Positions 46,905 to 56,784 of a DNA stretch of 64,000 nucleotides are shown here, piece after piece; positions within the stretch are counted from its first letter, which is position 1, and each line of letters opens with the position of its first letter. Location: positions 1,216,001-1,280,000 of the forward strand of contig CAWDYW010000001.1 in NCBI GenBank assembly GCA_963806855.1. Reading direction: 5' to 3'. This stretch comes from an uncultured Verrucomicrobiae bacterium (GTDB taxonomy: Bacteria > Chlamydiota > Chlamydiia > Chlamydiales > Rhabdochlamydiaceae). Made by a program: the position numbers and the translations under genes. A model generated the notes under the pieces. The model did not search any database. It was given only the letters and a program-made list of their open reading frames with translations, and was not told where the DNA came from.

Positions 46905-48452
46905 AGGAAATGCCTTTTCATCGACTGGCTTACCTTCACGCACTGTGGCGAATTGCTCGATCATTTTCAAGGCGAGCACTTTGCCCAGTTGAACCCCTTC
47001 TTGGTCGAAGGAATTGATGTTCCAGATGAATCCCTGGAAGGCCACTTTATGCTCATAATAGGCCAGTAACGCGCCAAGGGTATAGGGATCGAGCCGGTTT
47101 CCAAGCAAGAGCGAGTTAGGCCGGTTGCCCTCAAAATCTTTATTCGGATTGTCATTTTTCTGTCCGACCGCAAGGCCGATTGATTGGGCGATCAGATTCG
47201 AAAGCAATTTCTCTTGGCAGGTGGTCCCTTGAAACTTCACATCGGCATTGTATTGGCTGCTGACAAAGCCGATAAACTCAAGCGGAACAATCGTCGTTCC
47301 TTGATGGATCAATTGATAGAATGAGTGCTGCCCGTTGGTGCCAGGTTCTCCCCAAATGATCGGCCCAGTCTCAAATTGGACGCGGCTCCCCTCTTTATCG
47401 ATATGTTTGCCATTCGACTCCATATCGAGCTGCTGCAGATGGGCTGGAAAGCGGGAGAGGGCTTGTGAATAAGGAATGATCGCGACGGTCGCATGATCAA
47501 GGAAGTTTCGGTTCCAAATACCAAAAAGGGCACTGAGAAGAGGGAGATTTGCTTTTGGATCTTTGGTTTTGGCTAACTTGTCCATCGCAGAGGCGCCGCG
47601 CAAGAAATCGAGATAGCGGTCCATTCCGAAGGCAAATGCAAGGGTGACACCTCCGACCATCGAGGTAGCCGAGTAGCGTCCTCCCACGTAGTCCCAGATG
47701 TAAAAAGATTGCAAGTAGCGGGTGGGGTCATCCATCGGACTCCCCTTTCCTGTGACAGCGACCAGGTGCTGCTGCGGATTGAGGCCAGCTTTCTTCAATT
47801 TCTCAACGACATAGGCCTCATTGGTCATTGTTTCAAGGGTCGAGCCCGATTTCGAAACGACGACAAAAAGGGTTTTGGAGAGTTCGACCTGCTCCAATAC
47901 AGCTGCAGCGTCGTCAGGATCGACATTTGAAATAAAATGGATTACCCGCTCCGATTTTTGATATCCCTTTAGCCCTAAGTAAATCGCTCTGGGGCCGAGA
48001 TCAGACCCCCCGATGCCGATTTGCACTAGATAGGTAAACCGATCGCCGATCTCGCTCAAAAACGCTTTGAGTTTTTCGCACTCCTCATAAGCTAAATCGG
48101 TCGCTTCGCGCGCTTTTAGAGCGGTCTCTCGATGATCAAAAAAATCGCGCATCGCAGTGTGCAATGCCGGGCGGTTTTCACTTGGGAATCCCTCAATTTT
48201 ATTGACCACCTCCCCCGCTTGCATCGACAACATTTTCTCGACCGCTTGGGTCTCTTCAGCCAATTCGAAGAGGGCATCGAGCACCTCCTCATCGATCCTT
48301 TCGGAGGAATAAAAAAGTTTAAGCCCTAACCCTTCGGCCTTCATTTGGTCGATCCGCTTGGGGGTCACCACCCCTTTTTTAGTCAGGTCGACCGGATTTG
48401 CTACGAGAGATTTAAGTTTCTGATAGGAAGAAAGTTCTATAAATTTTTTCAT
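46872..48452 (-). CDS. pgi: Glucose-6-phosphate isomerase
   Basis: GIGGSDLGP, SKSGSTLET, VGGRYS, QQLDMESNGK, GTNGQHSFYQLIHQG, FDQEGVQLGK. Confidence 0.97.
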   Translation of the reverse strand: MKKFIELSSYQKLKSLVANPVDLTKKGVVTPKRIDQMKAEGLGLKLFYSSERIDEEVLDALFELAEETQAVEKMLSMQAGEVVNKIEGFPSENRPALHTAMRDFFDHRETALKAREATDLAYEECEKLKAFLSEIGDRFTYLVQIGIGGSDLGPRAIYLGLKGYQKSERVIHFISNVDPDDAAAVLEQVELSKTLFVVVSKSGSTLETMTNEAYVVEKLKKAGLNPQQHLVAVTGKGSPMDDPTRYLQSFYIWDYVGGRYSATSMVGGVTLAFAFGMDRYLDFLRGASAMDKLAKTKDPKANLPLLSALFGIWNRNFLDHATVAIIPYSQALSRFPAHLQQLDMESNGKHIDKEGSRVQFETGPIIWGEPGTNGQHSFYQLIHQGTTIVPLEFIGFVSSQYNADVKFQGTTCQEKLLSNLIAQSIGLAVGQKNDNPNKDFEGNRPNSLLLGNRLDPYTLGALLAYYEHKVAFQGFIWNINSFDQEGVQLGKVLALKMIEQFATVREGKPVDEKAFPLGAAYMRHLT

Positions 48453-48516
48453 ACTCCACACAATCGCACAAAGCTCTTTTTTTTAAAAGCCAAAGGTTAT
48501 ATACTTATCGGCAGAA

Positions 48517-48591
48517 CGGAGTATAGCGCAGTTTGGCTAGCGCAACTGCTTTGGGAGCAGTGGGTCGGGGGTTCAAATCCCTCTACTCCGA
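48517..48591 (+). tRNA. tRNA-Pro(TGG)
   Basis: CGGAGTATAGCGCAG...ACTGC-TTTGGGA-GCAGT...GGTTCAAATCC...TACTCCGA. Confidence 0.95.
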
Positions 48592-49331
48592 AACTCATCG
48601 AGAGAGGTTTCATTTGCGAAATCAAGTGGGCCTCTCGTCGAGACAATCAGACCGCCTGCCGCATCAAATCCGCAAAGCATCCGCTTACCTGCTGGCCCTA
48701 AAGATTCGGGGTCAACGACGATCGCATCCACCTCATCCCAGTGCTCATTGAGCAACTCTTCGGGAATGCATTTATAGTCTTTTAACTCACTGAGGAGCGG
48801 CGCAAATGCGCTGGCTCGATATTTCTGATCCTGAGGAAGAGAGATGATGACATTCGCCTCCCCTTCGATTGGAAGAGGGATATTGGAGAAAATCAATTGA
48901 AAATGTTCGAAACGCCGTTTGCAGAAAAGGAGCATTAAATCGGCGATTTTTTCTTTACCATTAATATCGACCATAATCATTGGAGTGGTCTCTTCAGGAA
49001 GAGCTGAGGCAAGTCGATGGAGATACTCGGAAAAGAGCCCTGCACAGAATAATTCATGCTCGATCCCTGACTCATCGCTCCGCTCCTCCATTTTTTCGGT
49101 GGGTGATAAGACCTTGGAAAATTCTCCATCGGTTCGAGCTAACACCACTTTTTTTGCATGAGGAAAACGTCTGGCAAACTCCTCGATTGCGAGCATGTGG
49201 GAATTAAACGTGGCCGTATCAAAAGGATTCAGGGTTTTCCATCCAAAATCGAGATAGAAAATCCCCTTTTGATCGGTGTCGATCTCCCAGTCTAGATTGC
49301 TTGTAGGATCTGCTGCCAAAGTGATTAACAT
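48573..49331 (-). CDS. Hypothetical protein downstream of trmB
   Basis: ATG 49331 overlaps the trmB stop; EYLHRLAS, RMLCGF.AAGG; last codons overlap tRNA-Pro antisense. Confidence 0.75.
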   Translation of the reverse strand: MLITLAADPTSNLDWEIDTDQKGIFYLDFGWKTLNPFDTATFNSHMLAIEEFARRFPHAKKVVLARTDGEFSKVLSPTEKMEERSDESGIEHELFCAGLFSEYLHRLASALPEETTPMIMVDINGKEKIADLMLLFCKRRFEHFQLIFSNIPLPIEGEANVIISLPQDQKYRASAFAPLLSELKDYKCIPEELLNEHWDEVDAIVVDPESLGPAGKRMLCGFDAAGGLIVSTRGPLDFANETSLDEFRSRGI

Positions 49332-49990
49332 AGTTTTCTCGCAAATTGAATATAGAAAAATTCTCGCCCCTTGCCTTCCCACAGATTTTTGAACCAGGAA
49401 TCTCCGTAGTCTTCCCATTGCTTGACATAGAATGGGTCTGGATGGCAGTTGTTCCAACTCGGATGGGAATGCATCTCTGTCACCATTTGGGCGCAATAGG
49501 TGGGGTCATCTGTCGCATAGGTAGCTTTGCCAGCAGGCTTCACAATGCGGGCGAGCTCGTCGACAAATTCTCTTTGGATCAAACGGTGCTTTGCATGCCG
49601 CTCTTTTGGCCAAGGGTCGGGGAAATTGACAAAGATTTCTGCGGCGCACCCCTCTGGCAAATAGTAGCGGACAAACTCTTGGGCCTTTCCAGAGACAATT
49701 AAAAGATTAGAGACATTTTGATTGTGCATCTTTGACCAGATCTTTTGCACCCGCTCGAATTGCATCTCCACAGCAACCCACTGCTGCGTCGGATTCTGCC
49801 GAGCTTTTTCGAGCACCCAGTCCCCGTTCCCCGAGCAAAATTCAATATGGAGCTCTTTTGAAAAAAGGCCATGCTCATCTTTCCATTCATCATGCAGCGC
49901 ATAATAATGGGGCACGATAAAGACCCCCTCATGAAGGATCGGGCGGCGAGATTCCCAGGTAAAGGGAAATTTTAAATTTTTTGGTCGCAT
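49325..49990 (-). CDS. trmB: tRNA (guanine-N7) methyltransferase
   Basis: IEFCSGNG, NFPDPWPK.RHAKHRL, ATDD..Y. Confidence 0.93.
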   Translation of the reverse strand: MRPKNLKFPFTWESRRPILHEGVFIVPHYYALHDEWKDEHGLFSKELHIEFCSGNGDWVLEKARQNPTQQWVAVEMQFERVQKIWSKMHNQNVSNLLIVSGKAQEFVRYYLPEGCAAEIFVNFPDPWPKERHAKHRLIQREFVDELARIVKPAGKATYATDDPTYCAQMVTEMHSHPSWNNCHPDPFYVKQWEDYGDSWFKNLWEGKGREFFYIQFARKLC

Positions 49991-50076
49991 AGGAGGGTAT
50001 TATACTCCGTGGAGAGAATTAGTTGAAGAATTTCTACGATTGTTGCTAAGGTAAATATTTAACCATGAGGTAACCC

Positions 50077-51102
50077 ATGAGATGGTTCTTTCTATCCCTT
50101 CTCCTAGCTGTTGGAAATATCCAGACTTTTGCCAATGATGGGGCGCTGGCAGAGATGTACGCAGAGGAAGATGAACTCCTCGCCCTTGACCGGGAAATCG
50201 AGGCCCTCCTTGAGGATGATGTCCTTAGCGATGAAGATTCTGTCGATCAGCTCGATGAGATTGCCCTGAAGACAACAACTTGTGAGCCTATTAGAGAAAG
50301 CAAGCCCCTTCCGTTGCAATACAAGCCTGCGGCACTACCTATCAAAGAGAAAGAAAAAGAGTCGATCGCTGTTCAGGTGGATAAGTCGATTGCCGAGACT
50401 GAAAAAATGGTGATTAGCGTCTCGAATCCGATCGAAGTTGCCAAAGAAGAAACCGCAAAGTCGATCCAGACCATTGAAATCAACCTTAGAGAGGTCTTTG
50501 CTGGGGCTCCCATCATCTACACGATCCTCTTCCTCCTCTCCTCAGTCTCCCTCTGCGTGTGGCTCTATAGCATGCTGACGATCCGCCCAGTGGAATTTTT
50601 GCCTCCTAAACTCGTCAAAGATATCCGGACTAAATTGATCAGCAACCAATTTGATGAAGCCCTCGATTTGTGCGTAAAGCAAAAACACTTTTTCTGCAAA
50701 ATGCTCGCCTCAGGCATCCTGGCCCGTAAGCATGGCCTAAACGTGATGATCGACACGATGAAAGCTGAAGGGAAACGCTCCACCGTCACCTTTTGGCAAC
50801 GGATCGGCATCCTCAACGAAATTGCAATTATCGCTCCGATGCTTGGCCTCCTCGGGACCGTTCTCGGCATGTTTTACGCCTTTTACGATCTCAACCGCTC
50901 AATGGAAAGCGTCTCGCTCCTCTTTGACGGCCTGGGAGTTTCCGTTGGGACAACTGTAGCGGGGCTCGTCGTCGCCATTTTAGCTATGGTCCTCTACGCG
51001 ATTGCCAAATATCGACTTGTCCGCATTTTGGCAAGCGTCGAAACAGAGGCCCAAACCTTTGCCACGCTCATCGATACTTGCGGCTCTAACGAGAGGCTCT
51101 GA
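50077..51102 (+). CDS. MotA/TolQ/ExbB proton-channel protein with long N-terminal extension
   Basis: APMLGLLGTV.GM, TT.AGL.VAI. Confidence 0.9.
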   Translation: MRWFFLSLLLAVGNIQTFANDGALAEMYAEEDELLALDREIEALLEDDVLSDEDSVDQLDEIALKTTTCEPIRESKPLPLQYKPAALPIKEKEKESIAVQVDKSIAETEKMVISVSNPIEVAKEETAKSIQTIEINLREVFAGAPIIYTILFLLSSVSLCVWLYSMLTIRPVEFLPPKLVKDIRTKLISNQFDEALDLCVKQKHFFCKMLASGILARKHGLNVMIDTMKAEGKRSTVTFWQRIGILNEIAIIAPMLGLLGTVLGMFYAFYDLNRSMESVSLLFDGLGVSVGTTVAGLVVAILAMVLYAIAKYRLVRILASVETEAQTFATLIDTCGSNERL

Positions 51103-51555
51103 ATGATTCCAGAAGATGAGCTCAAAGCAACCCGTTCACTGAACCTAGCTCCGATGGTCGATTTCCTCTTCCTCATCTTAGCAGTCTTTGCTGTGCTCGC
51201 GATCACCCGGACTGCGCTCTATGACTGTGAAGTCAACCTAGTGAAAATGGACTCCAAAACCCCTCCGCCGAGTTTTTTAGAAACTCAGGCAGGTTACACC
51301 ATACTTCTTAGCATCAGCGACCAAGGGCAATACAAATGGGTCACAGAATTCAATGAATTTTTATTAGATGGTGTTGCCGCCGTGAAGGCCGAGCTGCTGA
51401 GACAAGAAGCATTGGGCCTCCTTCCTGCGGATAAAGAGAAGACCAAGGTGCTGCTCCATATCGACAAAGATGCCAATTGGGAGTCGATTGCCAAAGTCAT
51501 TTTTGCAATCAGAGAGACCGGCTACCAAATCAGCCCCGTCTACTGCCCTGAATAG
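51103..51555 (+). CDS. ExbD/TolR family protein
   Basis: LNLAPMVDFLFLIL..F, VLLHIDK; follows the ExbB-like gene. Confidence 0.9.
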   Translation: MIPEDELKATRSLNLAPMVDFLFLILAVFAVLAITRTALYDCEVNLVKMDSKTPPPSFLETQAGYTILLSISDQGQYKWVTEFNEFLLDGVAAVKAELLRQEALGLLPADKEKTKVLLHIDKDANWESIAKVIFAIRETGYQISPVYCPE

Positions 51556-51610
51556 AATAGTTATTGACGAAAAGCGTTTTTGCGCAGCATACTAGATAAT
51601 GTTTCGCATC

Positions 51611-51692
51611 GCCCAGGTGGTGAAATTGGTAGACACGCCAGACTTAGGATCTGGTGCCGCAAGGCATGGAAGTTCGAGTCTTCTCCTGGGCA
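51611..51692 (+). tRNA. tRNA-Leu(TAG)
   Basis: GCCCAGG...CCAGA-CTTAGGA-TCTGG, long variable arm TGCCGCAAGGCA, GTTCGAGTC, CCTGGGCA. Confidence 0.95.
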
Positions 51693-51695
51693 ATT

Positions 51696-52139
51696 ATGGC
51701 TGATCACGCATGTCGTTGTCATAGTGGAAAACCTTATAGCGAATGCTGCAAGCCTTTTCATGAAGGGGCGTTAGCTAGAAATGCGCTCGAGCTCATGCGC
51801 TCCCGTTATAGCGCCTATGCCCTAAACTTACCCGATTACATCATCAAAACGACCCACTCATCAAATCCTCAGTACTCCCCCGACTACGAAGTCTGGAAGG
51901 AGTCGATCTCCTACTTCTCCAAAGAGACAAATTTTACTGGACTCATCATTCACGAATTTAAAGAAAAAGGTCACGAAGCCTCGGTCACTTTCACTGCAAA
52001 TCTTTCACAAAACAAGCGCGACGCCTCATTTACCGAAAATAGCTATTTCGAGAAGGTAGGCGGGGGGTGGTATTATTCAGCTGGGAATAATGCTAAGAAC
52101 TTAGAGGAGCTTCGCGCGAATAAATTTGAATGGTTTTGA
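51696..52139 (+). CDS. YchJ family SEC-C motif protein
   Basis: CRCHSG..YSECC, LMRSRYSAY, V.F.A, E.S.F...GGWYY. Confidence 0.9.
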   Translation: MADHACRCHSGKPYSECCKPFHEGALARNALELMRSRYSAYALNLPDYIIKTTHSSNPQYSPDYEVWKESISYFSKETNFTGLIIHEFKEKGHEASVTFTANLSQNKRDASFTENSYFEKVGGGWYYSAGNNAKNLEELRANKFEWF

Positions 52140-53148
52140 GGGAAGGATACCAGTAATTGATGTCATAACGCCTACAAAATGCCCTTAGATGGGAGATGCT
52201 TGGATCAAAATTTTGAATATAAGAATGGTAATAGGGATCCCAAGTCGGTTTTAAGACAGTTTTCCATATGATCGACCCCAGAACAAATAGACCGACATAG
52301 TGGATCGGCTGCTCAGAAAGACCAAAAGTCGACTGCAGTGCCGTCTTAACCCCAAGAAAGAACGCCCCTCCGATCACAGTTTTAGCTATAACACGATTCA
52401 GGATGGATAGGGTGATAGAGCTGACGGTATTCGTTATAGAGACCGTTAATTCTTTTCGAATTTCGCTCTCGCGCCGGTCGATCACCTCATGGGCCACTTC
52501 GGTCGCTTTGTCGGAGAGTTTCGTTGAAGCAGCGTTGACAACCTCTCGTAGAGTTTTGATGAGATAAAAGAGCCCATCTAGAGAGAAGACATTGAACGCG
52601 ATTTCCAGAACCTTTAGGACCATATTGACAAAGCTTAAGAGGAGATATTTTGACGCGATGATCACTTTGCTCACCACTACCCAAGATTTTCCAAAGAAAT
52701 TGGGCAACTTGCTGATAAAATGATCAAAAGAGGGAGCTGTTGTCTGGTATTTTAAAGTCGCAGGTAGGCTCAAGAGAAAATTGACCTCTTTAATGTAGTT
52801 GTGAAGGTGCTGAGCTGCAGAAGTGAGGCAAGTATCTAAATAATGGGAATAGAGGGGAAGATGTGGCCAGTTTGCAGGAGCAGGCTTTGTCACTGCTTGC
52901 CAGAGGGCAACCCGCTCGACGATTCTGGTAATTTTTAAAATAAAGCCAGTCGAGAATGGGTCGTACCAATTATTTGCCAAACGGGCAGGGACGATTTGCC
53001 CAATGGTGCTGTAGAGCGCTTTGATAGCGGGAATAGCCCGATCTTCGCTGAAGCGATCGCAAAGAACATTGAGACGGTCATTCAACGCCCCAATTCTATT
53101 CTCAGCGCTTTCCCAATAATGTCCTGCTTTATTAGTAATAGCTTGCAT
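52093..53148 (-). CDS. Hypothetical membrane protein (paralog A)
   Basis: 351 aa, paired hydrophobic segments; similar to 53234-54367. Confidence 0.72.
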   Translation of the reverse strand: MQAITNKAGHYWESAENRIGALNDRLNVLCDRFSEDRAIPAIKALYSTIGQIVPARLANNWYDPFSTGFILKITRIVERVALWQAVTKPAPANWPHLPLYSHYLDTCLTSAAQHLHNYIKEVNFLLSLPATLKYQTTAPSFDHFISKLPNFFGKSWVVVSKVIIASKYLLLSFVNMVLKVLEIAFNVFSLDGLFYLIKTLREVVNAASTKLSDKATEVAHEVIDRRESEIRKELTVSITNTVSSITLSILNRVIAKTVIGGAFFLGVKTALQSTFGLSEQPIHYVGLFVLGSIIWKTVLKPTWDPYYHSYIQNFDPSISHLRAFCRRYDINYWYPSLKTIQIYSREAPLSS

Positions 53149-53233
53149 AATTTATATAAATAATTATCCTTACAACTATTATATGCAATTAGTTGCATAA
53201 TTTACAATGCGAATTAAAAATATAAATCAGTTA

Positions 53234-54367
53234 TTAATTATTTGATGGCTTAGAATTAATCGCTTTAATAAATTTTATTAGTTTGCGCAGATTGTTGAAA
53301 TTAATTAGATGACGCAGTTCTTTAAAGGTCGAGGCTTCGGGGTTAAAATTTTCTTTATATTCTTCATGAAGGCCATAAAAGATCGGAGCAACCGATAATA
53401 TCCAATGGGATATCCCGATGACTTTCCGAATTTGTAAGAGCTTTTCTGCATGCTCAAAAGAGGTCACCCCTGGAATAAGATCGGGAGCTCTATAGAGAGC
53501 ATAAGATATTGCTGTTGTGATGGTAAAGGTGACAAAGAAAGAAAAGGCCTTTCTGGCAACCGTTTCAGCTACAATTCCCATCGCTTTTTGTCTTACAGCC
53601 GTTTCGTTTTTCTCGATCACGTGATGGGCATGTTTAATCAGCTTTTCTTTGCTTCGGTTAAAAAGCTCACTCAAATAAGGTTTTACTTGGGCGCAAACCT
53701 CTTCAATCCAAGCAACCGAGGGCTCAAGAAGGGAAACCTTTTTTAAAGACGTTGAGATATAACGGAAAATCCGCTGAATCAAATTAATAAAAGAATCTTT
53801 TATAATGCCGATCGCTTCCTTTGTCCAAACCCAAACCCTTCCGGCTAACGTGGTTGGCTTATTTTCAGCGATTTGAGCTTCTTCCTCGATGATCTGATCC
53901 AATAAAGAGTGGAGCCTTTCTGGAACGCTTAAGATCGTATTAAGGTCTTTTGTGACAATATAGATATGGCGGCACAATGAGATCAAACTCCGATCGACCC
54001 ATCCAAGGACAGGGATCGTTGTCGCAGTGCGTGCTGCCAAGGGCTTGAATAGCGCTTGCAGAGGCCGCCCAACAGCGAGCACCGTTTTCGTATCGACAGG
54101 GTCAAACAGCCATGTCTCCACCCGTTTCGAAAGAGACCTGCTAAAAACCCCGCTGACCGCGATAGCGGCCGATCCGGCGCTAACATAAGCCCCTTTGAGC
54201 GCCTTTGAAGAGACACAGCTATTTAAAAATTGACTACAGCGGCTTGCGATAAAAAATTGGGGATAGAAATAATGATTGACATGCGCCCGTTCTTCGCTGA
54301 CCGTATTGAAATCAAGATATTTTTGATAAAGACTTGAGTAGTAATCTAAGTTATGTGTTTTAGACAT
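53234..54367 (-). CDS. Hypothetical membrane protein (paralog B)
   Basis: 377 aa; shares blocks with the neighbour. Confidence 0.72.
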   Translation of the reverse strand: MSKTHNLDYYSSLYQKYLDFNTVSEERAHVNHYFYPQFFIASRCSQFLNSCVSSKALKGAYVSAGSAAIAVSGVFSRSLSKRVETWLFDPVDTKTVLAVGRPLQALFKPLAARTATTIPVLGWVDRSLISLCRHIYIVTKDLNTILSVPERLHSLLDQIIEEEAQIAENKPTTLAGRVWVWTKEAIGIIKDSFINLIQRIFRYISTSLKKVSLLEPSVAWIEEVCAQVKPYLSELFNRSKEKLIKHAHHVIEKNETAVRQKAMGIVAETVARKAFSFFVTFTITTAISYALYRAPDLIPGVTSFEHAEKLLQIRKVIGISHWILSVAPIFYGLHEEYKENFNPEASTFKELRHLINFNNLRKLIKFIKAINSKPSNN

Positions 54368-54409
54368 GGTAGTATTTTACAGCATTATTAAATCACTAGC
54401 AATATTTAA

Positions 54410-54445
54410 AAAAATTAAAAGCGCATTTGCGAAGTAAATGCGCTT
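54410..54445 (-). terminator. Intrinsic terminator
   Basis: AAGCGCATTTGC-gaa-GTAAATGCGCTT with T runs on the minus strand. Confidence 0.7.
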
Positions 54446-54472
54446 CAAAAATTAGTAATATATAAATTTTAA

Positions 54473-55084
54473 TTATTTCTTATTTAATTCGTTGATTTCT
54501 GTTAAATTGCGCTCGATCTCAGATTTCAATACAAAGAATTCAGAAGCAAATTTAGTTTTTTCGCCCATGTCTTTTGTAGAGATAAATCGTCCTTGCATTT
54601 CCATCATTTCGTTTTGGATACGAGTATTGTTGCCTTGAAGTTCTTTAATTCGTTTTAGGCGCTCTTCGTTTCTCAAGTAAATTTTCAGGATTTCACCAGT
54701 ATTACGGGCGATAATGACTTTTCTATGCTCGATATCAGCTAAAATAACGAGAGGATCTGTGCAATCCACTAATTCTTCTTCTTTAGTCATAATTTCTCGT
54801 TGTAAATGGTCGTTTTCTTCTTGAAGTTCGCGAACGCGTTGAACGCTGCTGCCTTGAAGATTAAGTCTGTCATGACCAGTATAAAACTGAGCTCTTTCAA
54901 TTGATGAAATTGATTGGGCAACGTCAACATGATTTGTTTTAGAATTTGCAAGAAGAGCTTCCATTTCGTGTGCAATTTCTTCTTGTTTTAAAGAATTCAC
55001 AACGGGAGCCTTTACTTGCACTTTCTGTGCTGGTTTATTATGGCTTTTATCACCATGTGAATTTTGAATTATACGTGCAGGCAT
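54473..55084 (-). CDS. Coiled-coil hypothetical protein with internal repeat
   Basis: RVRELQEENDHLQREIM / RIKELQGNNTRIQNEMM; GGAGG RBS. Confidence 0.75.
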   Translation of the reverse strand: MPARIIQNSHGDKSHNKPAQKVQVKAPVVNSLKQEEIAHEMEALLANSKTNHVDVAQSISSIERAQFYTGHDRLNLQGSSVQRVRELQEENDHLQREIMTKEEELVDCTDPLVILADIEHRKVIIARNTGEILKIYLRNEERLKRIKELQGNNTRIQNEMMEMQGRFISTKDMGEKTKFASEFFVLKSEIERNLTEINELNKK

Positions 55085-55168
55085 TTTATATTTCCTCCAT
55101 TAAAAAATATTGATGGTTCCATCAAGGGTAAGATTTAGTATCTCTTACTTACTTTCCCTATTAATTTC

Positions 55169-55197
55169 ATTGTATTGACTGCTCTATAGTTTGTCAA
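55169..55197 (-). promoter_or_regulatory. Near-consensus sigma70/sigma66 promoter
   Basis: Minus strand TTGACA, 17 nt, TACAAT. Confidence 0.75.
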
Positions 55198-55368
55198 ATT
55201 TATTTGTAATAAAGTGACCTTCTTTAATTATTAGTTATTTATAAACTACAATAATGTAATTATCAGACCTGCGCCTGGATTGGGCAATGGTAGAAATAAT
55301 GGCAGTCAAAAACTCCCTATTTCGCTATACTTCACATTGATACCCGAAATTAGATAGAGGCCCTATTT

Positions 55369-56784
55369 GTGAAGAATTTTAAACGCGCGCTCTTAAATAT
55401 AGTATTGATTCTCTCCCTGGGAGGTTCGCTGCATGCGACTGCTCCTAAGGAAGAAGATGTTCAGACAGTCGCGATTTTAGGCAGTGGAGTGGGGGCTCTT
55501 ACTTCAGCTATCTATCTACAGAGAGCTGGAGTCAACACCTTAATCATTGAGGGAAGAAACCCGGGTGGCGCCATCGCCCAATCCCCTCTCGTCCACAACT
55601 GGCCTGGCGAGATCGCAATCGATGGACAAACTCTCGTCGATAAAATCCGCAAGCAGGCTCTTCATAATGGAGCGAAAATTGTTCACGAAGAGGTCATCAG
55701 CGTCGATTTTACCAAGCACCCTCTAACGATCACGACCCGAGATGTCTTTGACAAAGAAAAGGTACGCACATTTAAAACCAAGGCTTGCATCATTGCGACC
55801 GGTTCCAATCCCAAACTCCTCGGAGTCCCTGGTGAATCAGGCGAAAATGGATATTGGACAAGAGGTGTCTATAGCTGTGCGGTCTGCGATGGGGCCCTTT
55901 ACAAAGACAAAGTTGTGGCCGTTATCGGAGGCGGCGATTCGGCGATTACAGAAGCCAACTACCTCTCCAACATCGCCAAAAAAGTCTACGTCGTCCTTCG
56001 GTCTGATAAATTTAGAACCGTCGAGACAAGGCGGAAAGAAGAGCTAGCCAAAAAACCGAACGTCGAGATCCTCTACAATACTAAAATCGATGAGATTCAA
56101 GGGGATGGCACTAAAGTGACCCATCTGAACCTCTCTACATCGAAAAGACTTCCGATCGATGGCATTTTTGTCGCGATTGGAGCGACCCCGAATTCATCGA
56201 TCTTCCAAGGACAACTAGAGCTCGAAGAGCAGACCGGTTATATCGCGACAAAAATTGGACAGCGAACATCGGTCCCCGGAGTCTACGCAATCGGAGATGT
56301 TGTCGATAAATTCTATAAACAGGCGATTTCGGCAGCAGGCCGTGGTGCCGAAGCTGCTTTGGAAGTAGAAGCCTATCTATCGAGCTTGCCTAACCACTCC
56401 CCTTCTCATGTTGGCCCGGTAAAAAGTGAATCGGTCCTCAAAGTGAATAACCCTGTTGCTGAGGGGCTCGAAGAGATCACGACTAAAGAGTCCTTCTACG
56501 ATGCAATCAGCAACGGAGAGACTCCCGTCGTGATCGATTTCTATTCTCCCTATTGCGTCCCCTGCCGTCAGTTGCTCCCCCTTTTAGAGGAATCTGCGCA
56601 GAAGTATCAGGGAAAAATCCGATTCTATAAAATCAACGTCACCGATTTTGCAGATTTGGCAATTAGCTATAACATCTCTAGCGTTCCAACTGTTTTGGTT
56701 TTCGATGGCAAAGGCAAAATCATCGAACAAGCCACCGGGATTGAAGACATCAACAAAGTCGTGAAGAAACTCGAGTCTCTCTGA
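55369..56784 (+). CDS. Thioredoxin reductase-thioredoxin fusion with signal peptide
   Basis: ILGSGVGA, ATG, CAVCDG, GGGDSA, TSVPGVYAIGDV, QAISAAG; C-terminal DFYSPYCVPC...SVPT; N-terminal MKNFKRALLNIVLILSLGGSLHA. Confidence 0.9.
   Translation: MKNFKRALLNIVLILSLGGSLHATAPKEEDVQTVAILGSGVGALTSAIYLQRAGVNTLIIEGRNPGGAIAQSPLVHNWPGEIAIDGQTLVDKIRKQALHNGAKIVHEEVISVDFTKHPLTITTRDVFDKEKVRTFKTKACIIATGSNPKLLGVPGESGENGYWTRGVYSCAVCDGALYKDKVVAVIGGGDSAITEANYLSNIAKKVYVVLRSDKFRTVETRRKEELAKKPNVEILYNTKIDEIQGDGTKVTHLNLSTSKRLPIDGIFVAIGATPNSSIFQGQLELEEQTGYIATKIGQRTSVPGVYAIGDVVDKFYKQAISAAGRGAEAALEVEAYLSSLPNHSPSHVGPVKSESVLKVNNPVAEGLEEITTKESFYDAISNGETPVVIDFYSPYCVPCRQLLPLLEESAQKYQGKIRFYKINVTDFADLAISYNISSVPTVLVFDGKGKIIEQATGIEDINKVVKKLESL

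Noticed and set aside
55085..55165. Three ANGGA motifs as CsrA sites
   Set aside because: Not in hairpin loops and no evidence for CsrA here
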